The position numbers and the translations under genes are program-made. Below the pieces are notes generated by a model. It was not told where the DNA came from. It was given only the letters and a program-made list of their open reading frames with translations, and did not search any database. A stretch of DNA of 64,000 nucleotides from an uncultured Actinomycetes bacterium (GTDB taxonomy: Bacteria; Actinomycetota; Thermoleophilia; Gaiellales; JAICJC01): the NCBI GenBank assembly GCA_963811675.1, contig CAWESH010000004.1, forward strand, positions 99,976 to 163,975, given 5' to 3'. Of the stretch, positions 40,657 to 49,211 are shown in pieces. Position 1 is the first letter of the stretch. The number at the start of each line of letters is the position of its first letter.

Positions 40657-41788
40657 TCGGCGGCGCCAGCGACGGCGCGAAGAACGACTCGAGGAACATC
40701 CCGTCGCGGTGGATCAGCTCACCGTCGGCGTAGATCTCGCCGCCCGATCGCAGATCCCGCACCATGTCCCAGTGAAGTGCCGAGCGGTTCACGCTGCCCG
40801 TATCCGGATAGCCCACGCCCAGGGCCATGTGGCAGGTGCCCCCGATCTTCTCGTCGAACAGGATTTGCTTGGTGAACCGGCTGATCCCGTAGTTGGTGCC
40901 GATGGCGAGCTCTCCCAGCACCGAAGCCCCGTCGTCCATCGAGAGCATCTGGTGCAGGTAGCTCTGGCCGCTTCTGGCCTCGCTGTGGACGACTCGGCCG
41001 TTCTCGAAGACAAGCCTCACCCCTTCGACCTCGCGACCGCCGATGATGGCGGGGAAGGAGAACCGGATCTCGCCGTTGGTCTCGTCCTCCACCGGCCCGG
41101 TGAAGACCTCGCCGTCGGGGAAGTTGCGCAGCCCCTGCGACGCGATCCAGGTGCGGCCCTCAACACCCAGGGTGAGGTCGGTATCCTCGGCCACCAATCG
41201 GATCGTCGATACCTGTTCGAGCTTTTGGGTCAGCAGCTCGAGCTTCTGCCCGAACTCGCGCCACGCCGCCACCGGATCTTCGAGCTGCAGCCAGCCTGCG
41301 CCGAACACGAAATCCTCATAGGCCGGCAGCGACATCTCGGAGTCCTGGGCAAATGCGTGGCAGGGAAAGGCGGTCACGCACCAGCGCAGGTCGCCGTCTG
41401 CCGATCGTCGCATGAACCTGTCGGTCACCGGCCGCACCGCGGCCGCGCGGCGGGCCAGCAATGATGGGTCGATACCCGACAGCTCGCGGGTGTTCCAGCT
41501 CGCGTGGATGCTGATGCGAGCGTCGATCGTGTTCATCTCCTCCAACGCCGACGGTGGGAGCCAGTCGAGCTGATGGTCGCCGGCTTCGGACAGGAATGCG
41601 TGGTCGATGCCTTCCAGGGTCACCCGCACGGTCGGGAGGCCGCCTCGGTCGATGACCGCCTTGGTCAACTCGGCCAAGAGCGGCTCAGCCAGCGAGGGGC
41701 CGTTGATCATCACCAGGTCGCCCTCGCGGACGTCCACCGAGTACTCGGCGATCAGCTTGGCCAGCCGGGCGACGCGAGGATCGTTCAC
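40646..41788 (-). CDS. M29-family aminopeptidase (AmpS/PepS-like), paralogue A
   Basis: The NFPDGEVFTGP, FDEKIGGTCHMALG and HWDMV motifs are shared with paralogue B. The GTG start overlaps the stop of paralogue B as GTGA. Confidence 0.8.
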   Translation of the reverse strand: MNDPRVARLAKLIAEYSVDVREGDLVMINGPSLAEPLLAELTKAVIDRGGLPTVRVTLEGIDHAFLSEAGDHQLDWLPPSALEEMNTIDARISIHASWNTRELSGIDPSLLARRAAAVRPVTDRFMRRSADGDLRWCVTAFPCHAFAQDSEMSLPAYEDFVFGAGWLQLEDPVAAWREFGQKLELLTQKLEQVSTIRLVAEDTDLTLGVEGRTWIASQGLRNFPDGEVFTGPVEDETNGEIRFSFPAIIGGREVEGVRLVFENGRVVHSEARSGQSYLHQMLSMDDGASVLGELAIGTNYGISRFTKQILFDEKIGGTCHMALGVGYPDTGSVNRSALHWDMVRDLRSGGEIYADGELIHRDGMFLESFFAPSLAPPTTG

Positions 41789-42897
41789 AGAAACCGGCCG
41801 TTCTCGTAGATCAGCTGGCCGTCGCCGAACACCTGCGATTGCGGGCGCAGATCGCACACCAGATCCCAGTGGACGCCGGAGGCATTGGTGCCGCCGGCCT
41901 CCGGGAATGCCATACCGAGGGCAACGTGGCAGGTGCCGCCGATCTTCTCGTCAAACAGGGTCTCGCCGGTTGCCACCTGGATCTCGTCGTTGAGGCCGAA
42001 GGCGACCTCGCCCAGGAATCTGGCTCCCTCGTCGGTGTCCAGGATGCTTTCCAGGTGCTCCTGCCCGTGGTCGGCATGGGCTTTGACCACTCTCCCCTGT
42101 TCGAACCACAGTCGCACGCCCTCGACCCGCTTGCCGCCGTAGGGGCTTGGGAAGGGAAAGGCGATGGTGCCTTCGGTCGCGGTGTGGATCGGGCTGGTAT
42201 ACACCTCTCCGTCGGGGAAGTTCTCGCGGCCGTGGGCGTTCGACCACAGTCGGCCGCCGACGTTGACCGTGAGGTCGGTGTCCGGGGCGACGATCCGCAG
42301 CTGCTCGAGCCGGCCGAGACGGTCGGCCACCACCTGCTGCGTCTCGTACTGGTTGCGCCAATGCGCGATCGGATCGGGGTCGTTCAGGTGGCCCGCGGCG
42401 AAAACGAACTCCTGCCACTCTGTGAGCGACATACCCGCCTCCTGGGCGGAAGCGTGCGAGGGGTACAAGGTGCCGCACCAGCGGCTCTCACCGTCGGCCT
42501 GGCGTTGGCCGAACCGCCGGTCGAGCGGCTCGGTGGCGGCCGCTCGCTGCGCCAGGCGGCGAGACGACACCTGAGCCTTGTAGGCCAGGTTCTCGTTGGC
42601 CCAGATGGACAGGATCTTGTCCGGCAGCTCGACGTCCAGGTGATCGAGCGGCGTGAGCGCCGTCAACTGGGCCTCAGAGGCCTGTTCGAGTCTGGCCGCC
42701 TCGACCGATTCCAAGTGTGCCCGCAGGATCACGTGTCCTCCCAGCCGGGTCACCGACCTGACCACTTCGACCACCAGCGGTTGGGCGACCGCAGGGCTGT
42801 AGACCATCACCAGCTCCTGCGGTTGCACGTCGAGGGAGTACCGGCACAGCAGGTCGGCGAGGGTTTGAAGGCGGGCGTCGGACAACTGCCGCGGCAT
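41785..42897 (-). CDS. M29-family aminopeptidase (AmpS/PepS-like), paralogue B
   Basis: Translation starts MPRQLSDARLQTLADLL and contains NFPDGEVYTSP, FDEKIGGTCHVALG and HWDLV. ATG at 42897. Confidence 0.8.
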   Translation of the reverse strand: MPRQLSDARLQTLADLLCRYSLDVQPQELVMVYSPAVAQPLVVEVVRSVTRLGGHVILRAHLESVEAARLEQASEAQLTALTPLDHLDVELPDKILSIWANENLAYKAQVSSRRLAQRAAATEPLDRRFGQRQADGESRWCGTLYPSHASAQEAGMSLTEWQEFVFAAGHLNDPDPIAHWRNQYETQQVVADRLGRLEQLRIVAPDTDLTVNVGGRLWSNAHGRENFPDGEVYTSPIHTATEGTIAFPFPSPYGGKRVEGVRLWFEQGRVVKAHADHGQEHLESILDTDEGARFLGEVAFGLNDEIQVATGETLFDEKIGGTCHVALGMAFPEAGGTNASGVHWDLVCDLRPQSQVFGDGQLIYENGRFL

Positions 42898-42905
42898 ATT
42901 ACCGG

Positions 42906-43346
42906 TCACACCGGGCGGCTGAAGAACACCCGCGCAAAGCCGTGTTCGCGGCGTCGCTCGACCTGCTGGAATCCGAGGCCGCGGTAGAACGCGATGTTCT
43001 CGGCCATCAGCTCGTGTGTGTACAGTCGAATCTCTGGCAACCCACGCTCCCGCGCGTACCCGTCCGCGAACGTCAAAAGGCGCGTGCCGAGGCCGTGTCC
43101 CTGGCATGAGGGTTCAACGGCGACGTTCTCGATCATCAGGTGGTCGTCGCCGATCACCAACACGATCACCCCGGCCAGGGTGTGGTTTTGGTCGATCACG
43201 AACGCCTCACCACGAGCGATCTCCGCGGCGTGGTCGGCGTCCATCGGCGCCGGCCGCAATCCGATTCGAGGGACGTACACCGAGTAGGCCCGCTCGACCA
43301 GAGCAGTGATCGCGGCGGCCTCGGCGGTCACGGCCGCGCGGATCAT
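42906..43346 (-). CDS. GNAT-family N-acetyltransferase
   Basis: The 146-aa protein carries the acetyl-CoA-binding motif VAVEPSCQGHGLGTRLL. Its ATG overlaps the DUF1611 stop as ATGA. Confidence 0.75.
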   Translation of the reverse strand: MIRAAVTAEAAAITALVERAYSVYVPRIGLRPAPMDADHAAEIARGEAFVIDQNHTLAGVIVLVIGDDHLMIENVAVEPSCQGHGLGTRLLTFADGYARERGLPEIRLYTHELMAENIAFYRGLGFQQVERRREHGFARVFFSRPV

Positions 43347-44389
43347 CCGCCGGTCGCGCTGACCACTGCGTCGAGTAGGCGTCCGGCGCCGAACCGCACC
43401 GGGTCGTCGGTGACCAGGCCGGTGCGCTCGGAGTACTCGGCGATCGCGTCGCGGGCGCTGGACTCGGACATCCGGTTGGTCTTGAGTGCCAGGGCGACGA
43501 CCGGCGCAGGCCGCAGGTACCCCGCCACTCGCTCGTTGTCGGCGATTAGCTGCTCGATCGGTGGGATCGGCATGCGTAGATCGCCGTCGATCACCGTCCG
43601 TCCGGGTTCGTGTACGAACAGCAACGCGTGCGGGGCGCTGCCGTGGATCAGGCCGGTGGTCACGCCGGAGTAGAAAGGGTGGTTGATGGAGCCCTGGCCC
43701 TCGATCCACAAAAGCGCGTCATCGCCGGCTCGCTGATGGCCCTCCAGCACCAACCGCTCCGCCGCCCCAGCGATGTAGTCGGAGACGACCTCGTCGACCG
43801 CGATCCCCCAGCCGGCGATGGCGATCCCGGTCTGCCCGGTCGGCACGAACTGCGAGGCCAGGCCCCGCCGGCGAGCTTCACGGTCGAGCTCCAGACACAC
43901 CGTCATCTTGCCCAGTGCGCAATCGGAACCCACCGTCAGCACCGTCCGCGCCGCGATGTCAAGGTTCGCCAGCGTGGGTACGTCCAGGTCAGCCGGGGGC
44001 TGTCGCAGGTCGCGGATCTCCGCACCCCCCTGCACAGCTGCGGCCGCGAGTTCGGCGTCACCTCCGAGAAAGTCGTGCAGGCCGTTTTCGACGTCCAGGC
44101 CACGCTCCAGCGCTTCCTTCACCACCGAGCGAAACGCGAGTGGCAGCTTGCCGCCGGCCGGCGCCACCCCGATCAGGAGCGTGTCGGGGCGCTCGGCGAG
44201 CGTCTCGGCCAGCGTGGCCACGATCGGGATGCCCTCCGCCAGTCCAGGCACCTCGGCGTCGGCTGTGGAGCCGGCGCGGGTCGAGTCGATCACCGCCACG
44301 GTGACCGCGTCGGCATAGCGCAGCACACCGGTCGCGGTCTTTGCGTCCTCGTCAAACGCGCCCTCACACAGCATCACGTAGCGCTTCAC
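43343..44389 (-). CDS. DUF1611-family protein (DgcN-like putative D-glutamate N-acetyltransferase)
   Basis: Intact 348-aa ORF containing TVGSDCALGKM and IEGQGSINHP, typical of DUF1611. It is always read together with the adjacent enolase-superfamily gene. Confidence 0.75.
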   Translation of the reverse strand: MKRYVMLCEGAFDEDAKTATGVLRYADAVTVAVIDSTRAGSTADAEVPGLAEGIPIVATLAETLAERPDTLLIGVAPAGGKLPLAFRSVVKEALERGLDVENGLHDFLGGDAELAAAAVQGGAEIRDLRQPPADLDVPTLANLDIAARTVLTVGSDCALGKMTVCLELDREARRRGLASQFVPTGQTGIAIAGWGIAVDEVVSDYIAGAAERLVLEGHQRAGDDALLWIEGQGSINHPFYSGVTTGLIHGSAPHALLFVHEPGRTVIDGDLRMPIPPIEQLIADNERVAGYLRPAPVVALALKTNRMSESSARDAIAEYSERTGLVTDDPVRFGAGRLLDAVVSATGG

Positions 44390-45408
44390 GCCCAGGGCTC
44401 CAGCGGGGTCACTCCCAGTCCCGGTCCCGGCCCGGGGATGACGCGGCCGTCGTCGAACTCGAGGCCTTCGAAGAAGTCATTGGCGTTCAGCAGGTGGCCG
44501 TCCAGATCGACGACGTCGACCAGCGGTGAGATGGCAGCCGCCTGGGCGATACCCAGCGACGACTCGTTCATGCACCCCAGCATGATCACCAGGTTGAGTG
44601 CGCGGGCGGCGTGGATCATGCGGATTGCCTCGCGGATCCCGCCGGTCTTGGTGAGCTTGATGTTGACCCCGTCGGCGTGTCCGGCGGCCGGGGCGATGTC
44701 GGCCAAGGTGTGACAACTCTCGTCCAAGACGATCGGGATCGGCAGCTTGGCGGCGTGCAGCTGGGCGTATCCGGTGCGGTCGGAGGCGTGCAGCGGCTGT
44801 TCGATCAGCTCGATACCGAGTCCGACCAGGTCGTCCATCAGTGCTTGGGTCGAGTCCACCGTCCAGGCCTCGTTGGCATCCACTCGGATCAGGGCATCGG
44901 GCGCCTCGCGGCGCACCACCCGCACGCGATCGAGATCGTCCGGGCCGCCCACCTTGATCTTCAGGGCGTGATACCCGGCCGCCCGGCGAGCTCGATCGGC
45001 GGTGCCCTCCACCGTGTCGATCGAGATCGTGTACGAGGTCGGCGGAGGCACCGGGTCGAGTCCCAAGATGCGATAGAGCGGCTGCCCGCAGATCTTCCCC
45101 AGCAGATCGTGCAGCGCCCCATCCAGCGCGCACTTGGCACCCATCTCTCCCGGCAACTCCCCCACCCGGCCGAGAATCGCCTCGATCGCCAAGGGGTCAT
45201 CGCCGAGCAGGGGCTCCAAACGGTTGAGGAACTCCAGCGCCGACTCCACGCTTTCGTCGTAGCGCTCATCCGGAGCGCCCTCCCCGTACCCCGTGATGCC
45301 GTCGTGAGTAAGCGCCGCCTGCACCACCACCGACTCGGTGCTGGCACTGCGAGAGATCACGAACGGCTCGTGATGAACAAGGGTCGCAGAGCGGGCATGG
45401 ATCTCCAT
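44386..45408 (-). CDS. enolase-superfamily dipeptide epimerase / N-acyl-amino-acid racemase (L-Ala-D/L-Glu epimerase-like)
   Basis: The 340-aa ORF shows the KIKVG, VDANEAW, IEQP and LDES metal-ligand/catalytic pattern of the MLE subgroup. Confidence 0.8.
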   Translation of the reverse strand: MEIHARSATLVHHEPFVISRSASTESVVVQAALTHDGITGYGEGAPDERYDESVESALEFLNRLEPLLGDDPLAIEAILGRVGELPGEMGAKCALDGALHDLLGKICGQPLYRILGLDPVPPPTSYTISIDTVEGTADRARRAAGYHALKIKVGGPDDLDRVRVVRREAPDALIRVDANEAWTVDSTQALMDDLVGLGIELIEQPLHASDRTGYAQLHAAKLPIPIVLDESCHTLADIAPAAGHADGVNIKLTKTGGIREAIRMIHAARALNLVIMLGCMNESSLGIAQAAAISPLVDVVDLDGHLLNANDFFEGLEFDDGRVIPGPGPGLGVTPLEPWA

Positions 45409-45500
45409 CGCGACGCGAGCCTAGCGCGCTCATCCGGCAGATGCCCGCGGAGGGTACGGGCGGCAAGGGCAAGTAGACTCCCTGAGTCCCAGTGACCCCC

Positions 45501-45573
45501 GCGCCTGTAGCTCAGGGGATAGAGCGTGCGCCTCCGGAGCGCAAGGTCGTAGGTTCGATTCCTACCAGGCGCA
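45501..45573 (+). tRNA. tRNA-Arg (anticodon CCG)
   Basis: Folded by hand into a cloverleaf. Acceptor stem GCGCCTG/CAGGCGC, D stem GCTC/GAGC, anticodon stem TGCGC/GCGCA with loop CTCCGGA, T arm GTAGG-TTCGATT-CCTAC. The discriminator is A and CCA is not encoded. Confidence 0.9.
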
Positions 45574-45600
45574 CTTTCACCATCGGCCTTGCGCCATCGC

Positions 45601-46041
45601 CTACCCCGCGCGCGTGCTGACCCCGATTTCGAGTCCGTGGTGATAGCCGTTGTCGAGGTTGATTGAGATAGTCGTGTGGCCGCGGGTGTAGTTGTCGACG
45701 GGGCCCGCGGAGTGGTTCGCCGTCCCGGCGAGGTGCTCGCGGAGCTTCCACCCGCGGGCCGTCAGCCGCTCATGGTAGAACCGTTCGACCTCGCGAATCG
45801 TGGCTATCTTGGGAAGCTTGAAGTTGCCCAGGGCATCCCCGATGTCGGCGGGGCCGCTCTCGCTGCTGTGCCCGATGCTTGTGCTGGTGTCGAGCACCGT
45901 TGCCCCTGGATAGACGGGGATTGTCGTGTAGACCGTCTGCGACCGTTTTACGAGTCCCGAGCCCTCGGCGCGGTCGAGCAGCGTGCATCCGGTTGCTGCT
46001 ACGAGCATCCCCGCGGTGAGGAGAGTCAAGAGTATTCTCAT
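45601..46041 (-). CDS. hypothetical lipoprotein
   Basis: MRILLTLLTAGMLVAATGC is a signal peptide with a lipobox. The mature part has no motif I recognise. An AT-rich promoter region lies upstream. Confidence 0.6.
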   Translation of the reverse strand: MRILLTLLTAGMLVAATGCTLLDRAEGSGLVKRSQTVYTTIPVYPGATVLDTSTSIGHSSESGPADIGDALGNFKLPKIATIREVERFYHERLTARGWKLREHLAGTANHSAGPVDNYTRGHTTISINLDNGYHHGLEIGVSTRAG

Positions 46042-46218
46042 AGCACCTATGATATATCGAGTGTGCTTCGCGTTCAACCCTACCTCCCGCCACGCCGCTG
46101 AACGTAGGGATCGTTGGTGCGGGTTTGGTGAGGCGGGTTGTCCGGCCGGTGGGAAAGTCGTATCGTGGGCGCGACGCCGCCTGGACGTGGCGGCTTCCCG
46201 CCACGGAAGGGGTGTGGG

Positions 46219-46968
46219 ATGAGAGGACTACGACGGGTCGCGCTCGTCGCGGGGGTTCTCGTTGGTGCGCTGGTTGTGACCGGCACTGCCGATGCCACCG
46301 CGCACCATGGAAACGCGACGTGCCACAGCGGGGTCGTCACAGCGGGGACGTATCGTTCGTTGACGATCGCCGGGTCATGCACCTTGACCAGCACCGGCAC
46401 TGTGACCGTCCGCCACGATCTGGTGGTGAAACGACACGCGCTGTTTAACGCCGATACGCCAGGCGTGCTGAACGTGTGGGGCGACGTTTGGATCAAGAAC
46501 GACGCCGTGGCCGCAATCGGCTGTACCGATGACTGCAAGGTGAGCCCCGACGATCATATCGGCGGCGATCTGACAGCTCTCGGTGCATGGGCAACCATTG
46601 TTCACGGACTCACCATCGGCGGCGACGTGTCGTTCCTTGGTGGTGGCGGCAGCGAGAACTGCGCGATCACCCCAATCCTGGGAGTCGCGCCGTATTACTC
46701 GACCGTGCATGACAGCACCATCGGTGGAGACTTCACCGCGCGCCGGCTGCATACGTGTTGGTTCGGCCTGATCCGTACCAACGTTGCCGGGGACGCCAGG
46801 ATTATCGGTAACCGCTTTGGCGACCCCGATGCCAACGAGGACGTTACCAACGTCATCGGTGGCAACCTGGCCTGCTTCAACAACGTGCCCAAAGCACAGG
46901 TTGGCGACTCGATGGGCGCACCGAACGTTGTCGCTGGACACAAGCGCGGAGAGTGCGCAACCCTGTAG
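46219..46968 (+). CDS. secreted Cys-rich repeat protein (predicted beta-helix-like), unknown function
   Basis: MRGLRRVALVAGVLVGALVVTGTADA is a signal peptide. The motif [IV]GG[DN][LVF] (IGGDL, IGGDV, IGGDF, IGGNL) recurs about every 20-45 aa, and the mature part contains 9 Cys. Confidence 0.6.
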   Translation: MRGLRRVALVAGVLVGALVVTGTADATAHHGNATCHSGVVTAGTYRSLTIAGSCTLTSTGTVTVRHDLVVKRHALFNADTPGVLNVWGDVWIKNDAVAAIGCTDDCKVSPDDHIGGDLTALGAWATIVHGLTIGGDVSFLGGGGSENCAITPILGVAPYYSTVHDSTIGGDFTARRLHTCWFGLIRTNVAGDARIIGNRFGDPDANEDVTNVIGGNLACFNNVPKAQVGDSMGAPNVVAGHKRGECATL

Positions 46969-46991
46969 ACATCGATCAGAACTCAAAGCAT

Positions 46992-47022
46992 CGGGGGAGG
47001 CCTGACCTGCGGGCCTCCCCCG
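46992..47022 (+). terminator. 11-bp GC-rich hairpin downstream of the secreted repeat protein gene
   Basis: CGGGGGAGGCC-TGACCTGCG-GGCCTCCCCCG is a perfect stem 24 nt after the stop. No U-tract follows. Confidence 0.5.
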
Positions 47023-47109
47023 AGCTTGAGCCCAGCCGCGGACAAATTCGCAGGCCAAAATCGATCCGTGTCCGCGACGATGACTCGGCCGGCCGTAGGA
47101 GGTCGTCAG

Positions 47110-47553
47110 ATGAAGGAGCTTCGTCGCGAAGTGGAGATCGCCGCCCCACCCGAGCGGGTGTGGAGTGTGCTTTTGGACTTCGACTCCTACCCCGACTGGA
47201 ACCCGTTCATACGATCGATCCAGGGCAGATGTGAGCCCGGGGCCAAGCTGACTGTCCGGATCGAGCCACCCGGCGCTCGGGGGATGACGTTCAAGCCGAC
47301 GGTACGCCGTGTCGAGCATGCCCGTGAGTTTGCCTGGCTGGGCCGCGTTCTGATACCGGGGGTGTTCGACGGGGAGCACAGGTTCACGATCGAGCAGCTC
47401 GATGGTGGGCATTCGCGGCTCGTTCAGAGCGAGCGCTTTCGTGGTGTGCTCGTCCCGGTGTTCGCGAAGACGCTCACGGCGACGGATCACGGCTTTGAAG
47501 CGATGAATCAAGCGTTGAAGGAGCGGGCTGAGGCCGTCGAGCCAAGCGTTTAG
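47110..47553 (+). CDS. SRPBCC (START/polyketide-cyclase-like) family protein
   Basis: MKELRREVEIAAPPERVWSVLLDFDSYPDWNPF is a typical SRPBCC N-terminus. AGGAGG lies 7 nt upstream of the ATG. Confidence 0.75.
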   Translation: MKELRREVEIAAPPERVWSVLLDFDSYPDWNPFIRSIQGRCEPGAKLTVRIEPPGARGMTFKPTVRRVEHAREFAWLGRVLIPGVFDGEHRFTIEQLDGGHSRLVQSERFRGVLVPVFAKTLTATDHGFEAMNQALKERAEAVEPSV

Positions 47554-47706
47554 CAGATGGTCGAGGCTTGCGTCCCAAACCGGGATGAGGGTGCCTGTGG
47601 TCGTCCTCCAGGTCTTGCGCTGCCGAACGCGTCGCCCTCGGTCTCCATTCGATTAGCCCATTCGGTACCCCCCAAGCGACTGTTTGGCCACCTGTACTGT
47701 CCCGGC

Positions 47707-48561
47707 ATGGTTGCCGTCGTGCTCGCATTCGGTGCCGCGTTTCTGTTCGCGCTCGGCACCGTGTGCCAGCAGAAAGGCACGTTGGAGGAGTCATCCGACT
47801 CGAGCCTTCGCGCCGACTTCCTCGCCAGGCTTGCCCGGCAGCCGGTGTGGCTGGTGGGCGTGGCGGTGGTGATCGTCGGCTTTGGCCTGCAGGCCTGGGC
47901 ACTCAGCCTCGGCCGGCTGATCGTGGTGCAACCGATCCAGGTAACCAGCGTCGTGTTCGCACTGCCGCTGGGGATGTGGCTGACGGCGCAGGTGGTGTCT
48001 CGCCGCGAGGTGGCCGGGGCGGTGATGGTCACCGGAGGGCTGATCGCGTTCGTGGCGCTGGCCAACACCACCGGCGGTAACGATGACGCCTCCATCGGTG
48101 CGTGGGCGATCGCGGGAGCGATCTGCGCGGGAGTCTCGGCGGTGCTCGTGCTGGGCACGCTGCGATCCAGCCCGTCGGTCAGAGCCACGGCCGTGGGAAG
48201 CGCCTCGGGCATCCTTTTCGGACTCAGCGCGGCACTGACCGTGTCGGCGGTGGACGACTGGGGAGACAGCGTGGCTTCGATCATCGCCGACTGGCACCTG
48301 TACGCCCTCGCCGTGGTTGCGATTGCGGCCTTCTGGCTCACTCAGATCGCGCTCCAAAACAGCCTCGAGCTTGCGATCGCCACCAACCAGGCGCTGACCT
48401 CGGCAGTGGCTGTTGCACTGGCCATCTTCCTGTTCGATGAGGCCCTGCGCGGCTCCGCACTGGAAGCGGTCGCAGCCGCGCTCGCGCTCGCCGTCTCAGC
48501 GGCCGGACTCTACGTGCTGCTGCTCTCCGATCCCGAGGAGAGAAGCCCCCTCAGTTCGTGA
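47707..48561 (+). CDS. DMT-superfamily-like integral membrane protein
   Basis: About 9-10 predicted TM helices with a two-halves organisation. The start is placed at the Met at 47707 (MVAVVLAFGAAFLFALG). The family assignment is tentative. Confidence 0.55.
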   Translation: MVAVVLAFGAAFLFALGTVCQQKGTLEESSDSSLRADFLARLARQPVWLVGVAVVIVGFGLQAWALSLGRLIVVQPIQVTSVVFALPLGMWLTAQVVSRREVAGAVMVTGGLIAFVALANTTGGNDDASIGAWAIAGAICAGVSAVLVLGTLRSSPSVRATAVGSASGILFGLSAALTVSAVDDWGDSVASIIADWHLYALAVVAIAAFWLTQIALQNSLELAIATNQALTSAVAVALAIFLFDEALRGSALEAVAAALALAVSAAGLYVLLLSDPEERSPLSS

Positions 48562-48720
48562 CTCTAAACGGCTTCCAGGCAGACGTTGCGCCCAGGTTGC
48601 TCGGCGTCTTTCCGACGCTGAACCGCGCGCCCTTCAGGATCGCCGCCCATCCGAGGCCCCTGCACCTCACCATTCAGGGGGATCGCCGGCCGACGCGAAA
48701 AGTCCTGCGTCGTTTTGGGC

Positions 48721-49182
48721 CTACCCGAGCTGGAGTTCCAGCAACACCTCGTCGTCGAACACGAGGTCGCCGGTCTGGCGAAAGCCGTACAGCTCGTAGA
48801 AGTCGATCGGGCTCCCCTCCCCCTCTCCGGCGCTGGTCGACAGCACATCCACCTTGACTCCAGGCCGCGTGCGGAAGTAGTCGACGATCAGGTCGAGCGT
48901 GGCCCTGCCGTAGCCCTTACCCTGGTGGCGCTCGTCGATCAGAAGCTTCCACAGGTAGTGCGGGATGTATCCGGGGCCGTCCACGTCGTCGCTGATCATC
49001 ACGAACCCGACCGGCGTCTCGTCGGCGTAGATCGCCCAGTAGATCGCCCGCCCGCCGACGTCCTCCACCGCCTCGAGCAGCGAGTCGGTGACGCTGCTGA
49101 CGAACTGCTGCTGCCGCTCGGAGACGCTCAGTGCCTCCACTTGCGCGCGGTTGGCGTCGGTGATCGGACGCAGGCTCACCAT
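48721..49182 (-). CDS. GNAT-family N-acetyltransferase
   Basis: The 153-aa ORF has the acetyl-CoA motif IDERHQGKGYGRATL and the C-terminal FYELYGF. Confidence 0.8.
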   Translation of the reverse strand: MVSLRPITDANRAQVEALSVSERQQQFVSSVTDSLLEAVEDVGGRAIYWAIYADETPVGFVMISDDVDGPGYIPHYLWKLLIDERHQGKGYGRATLDLIVDYFRTRPGVKVDVLSTSAGEGEGSPIDFYELYGFRQTGDLVFDDEVLLELQLG

Positions 49183-49211
49183 GCCCCGGTTCTATCACAA
49201 ACGCTTTTGCT

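Noticed and set aside
46375-47511. 378-aa minus-strand ORF
   Set aside because: It is antisense to the secreted repeat protein and SRPBCC genes. Both of those have signal-peptide or RBS support and protein-like composition, and this ORF does not.
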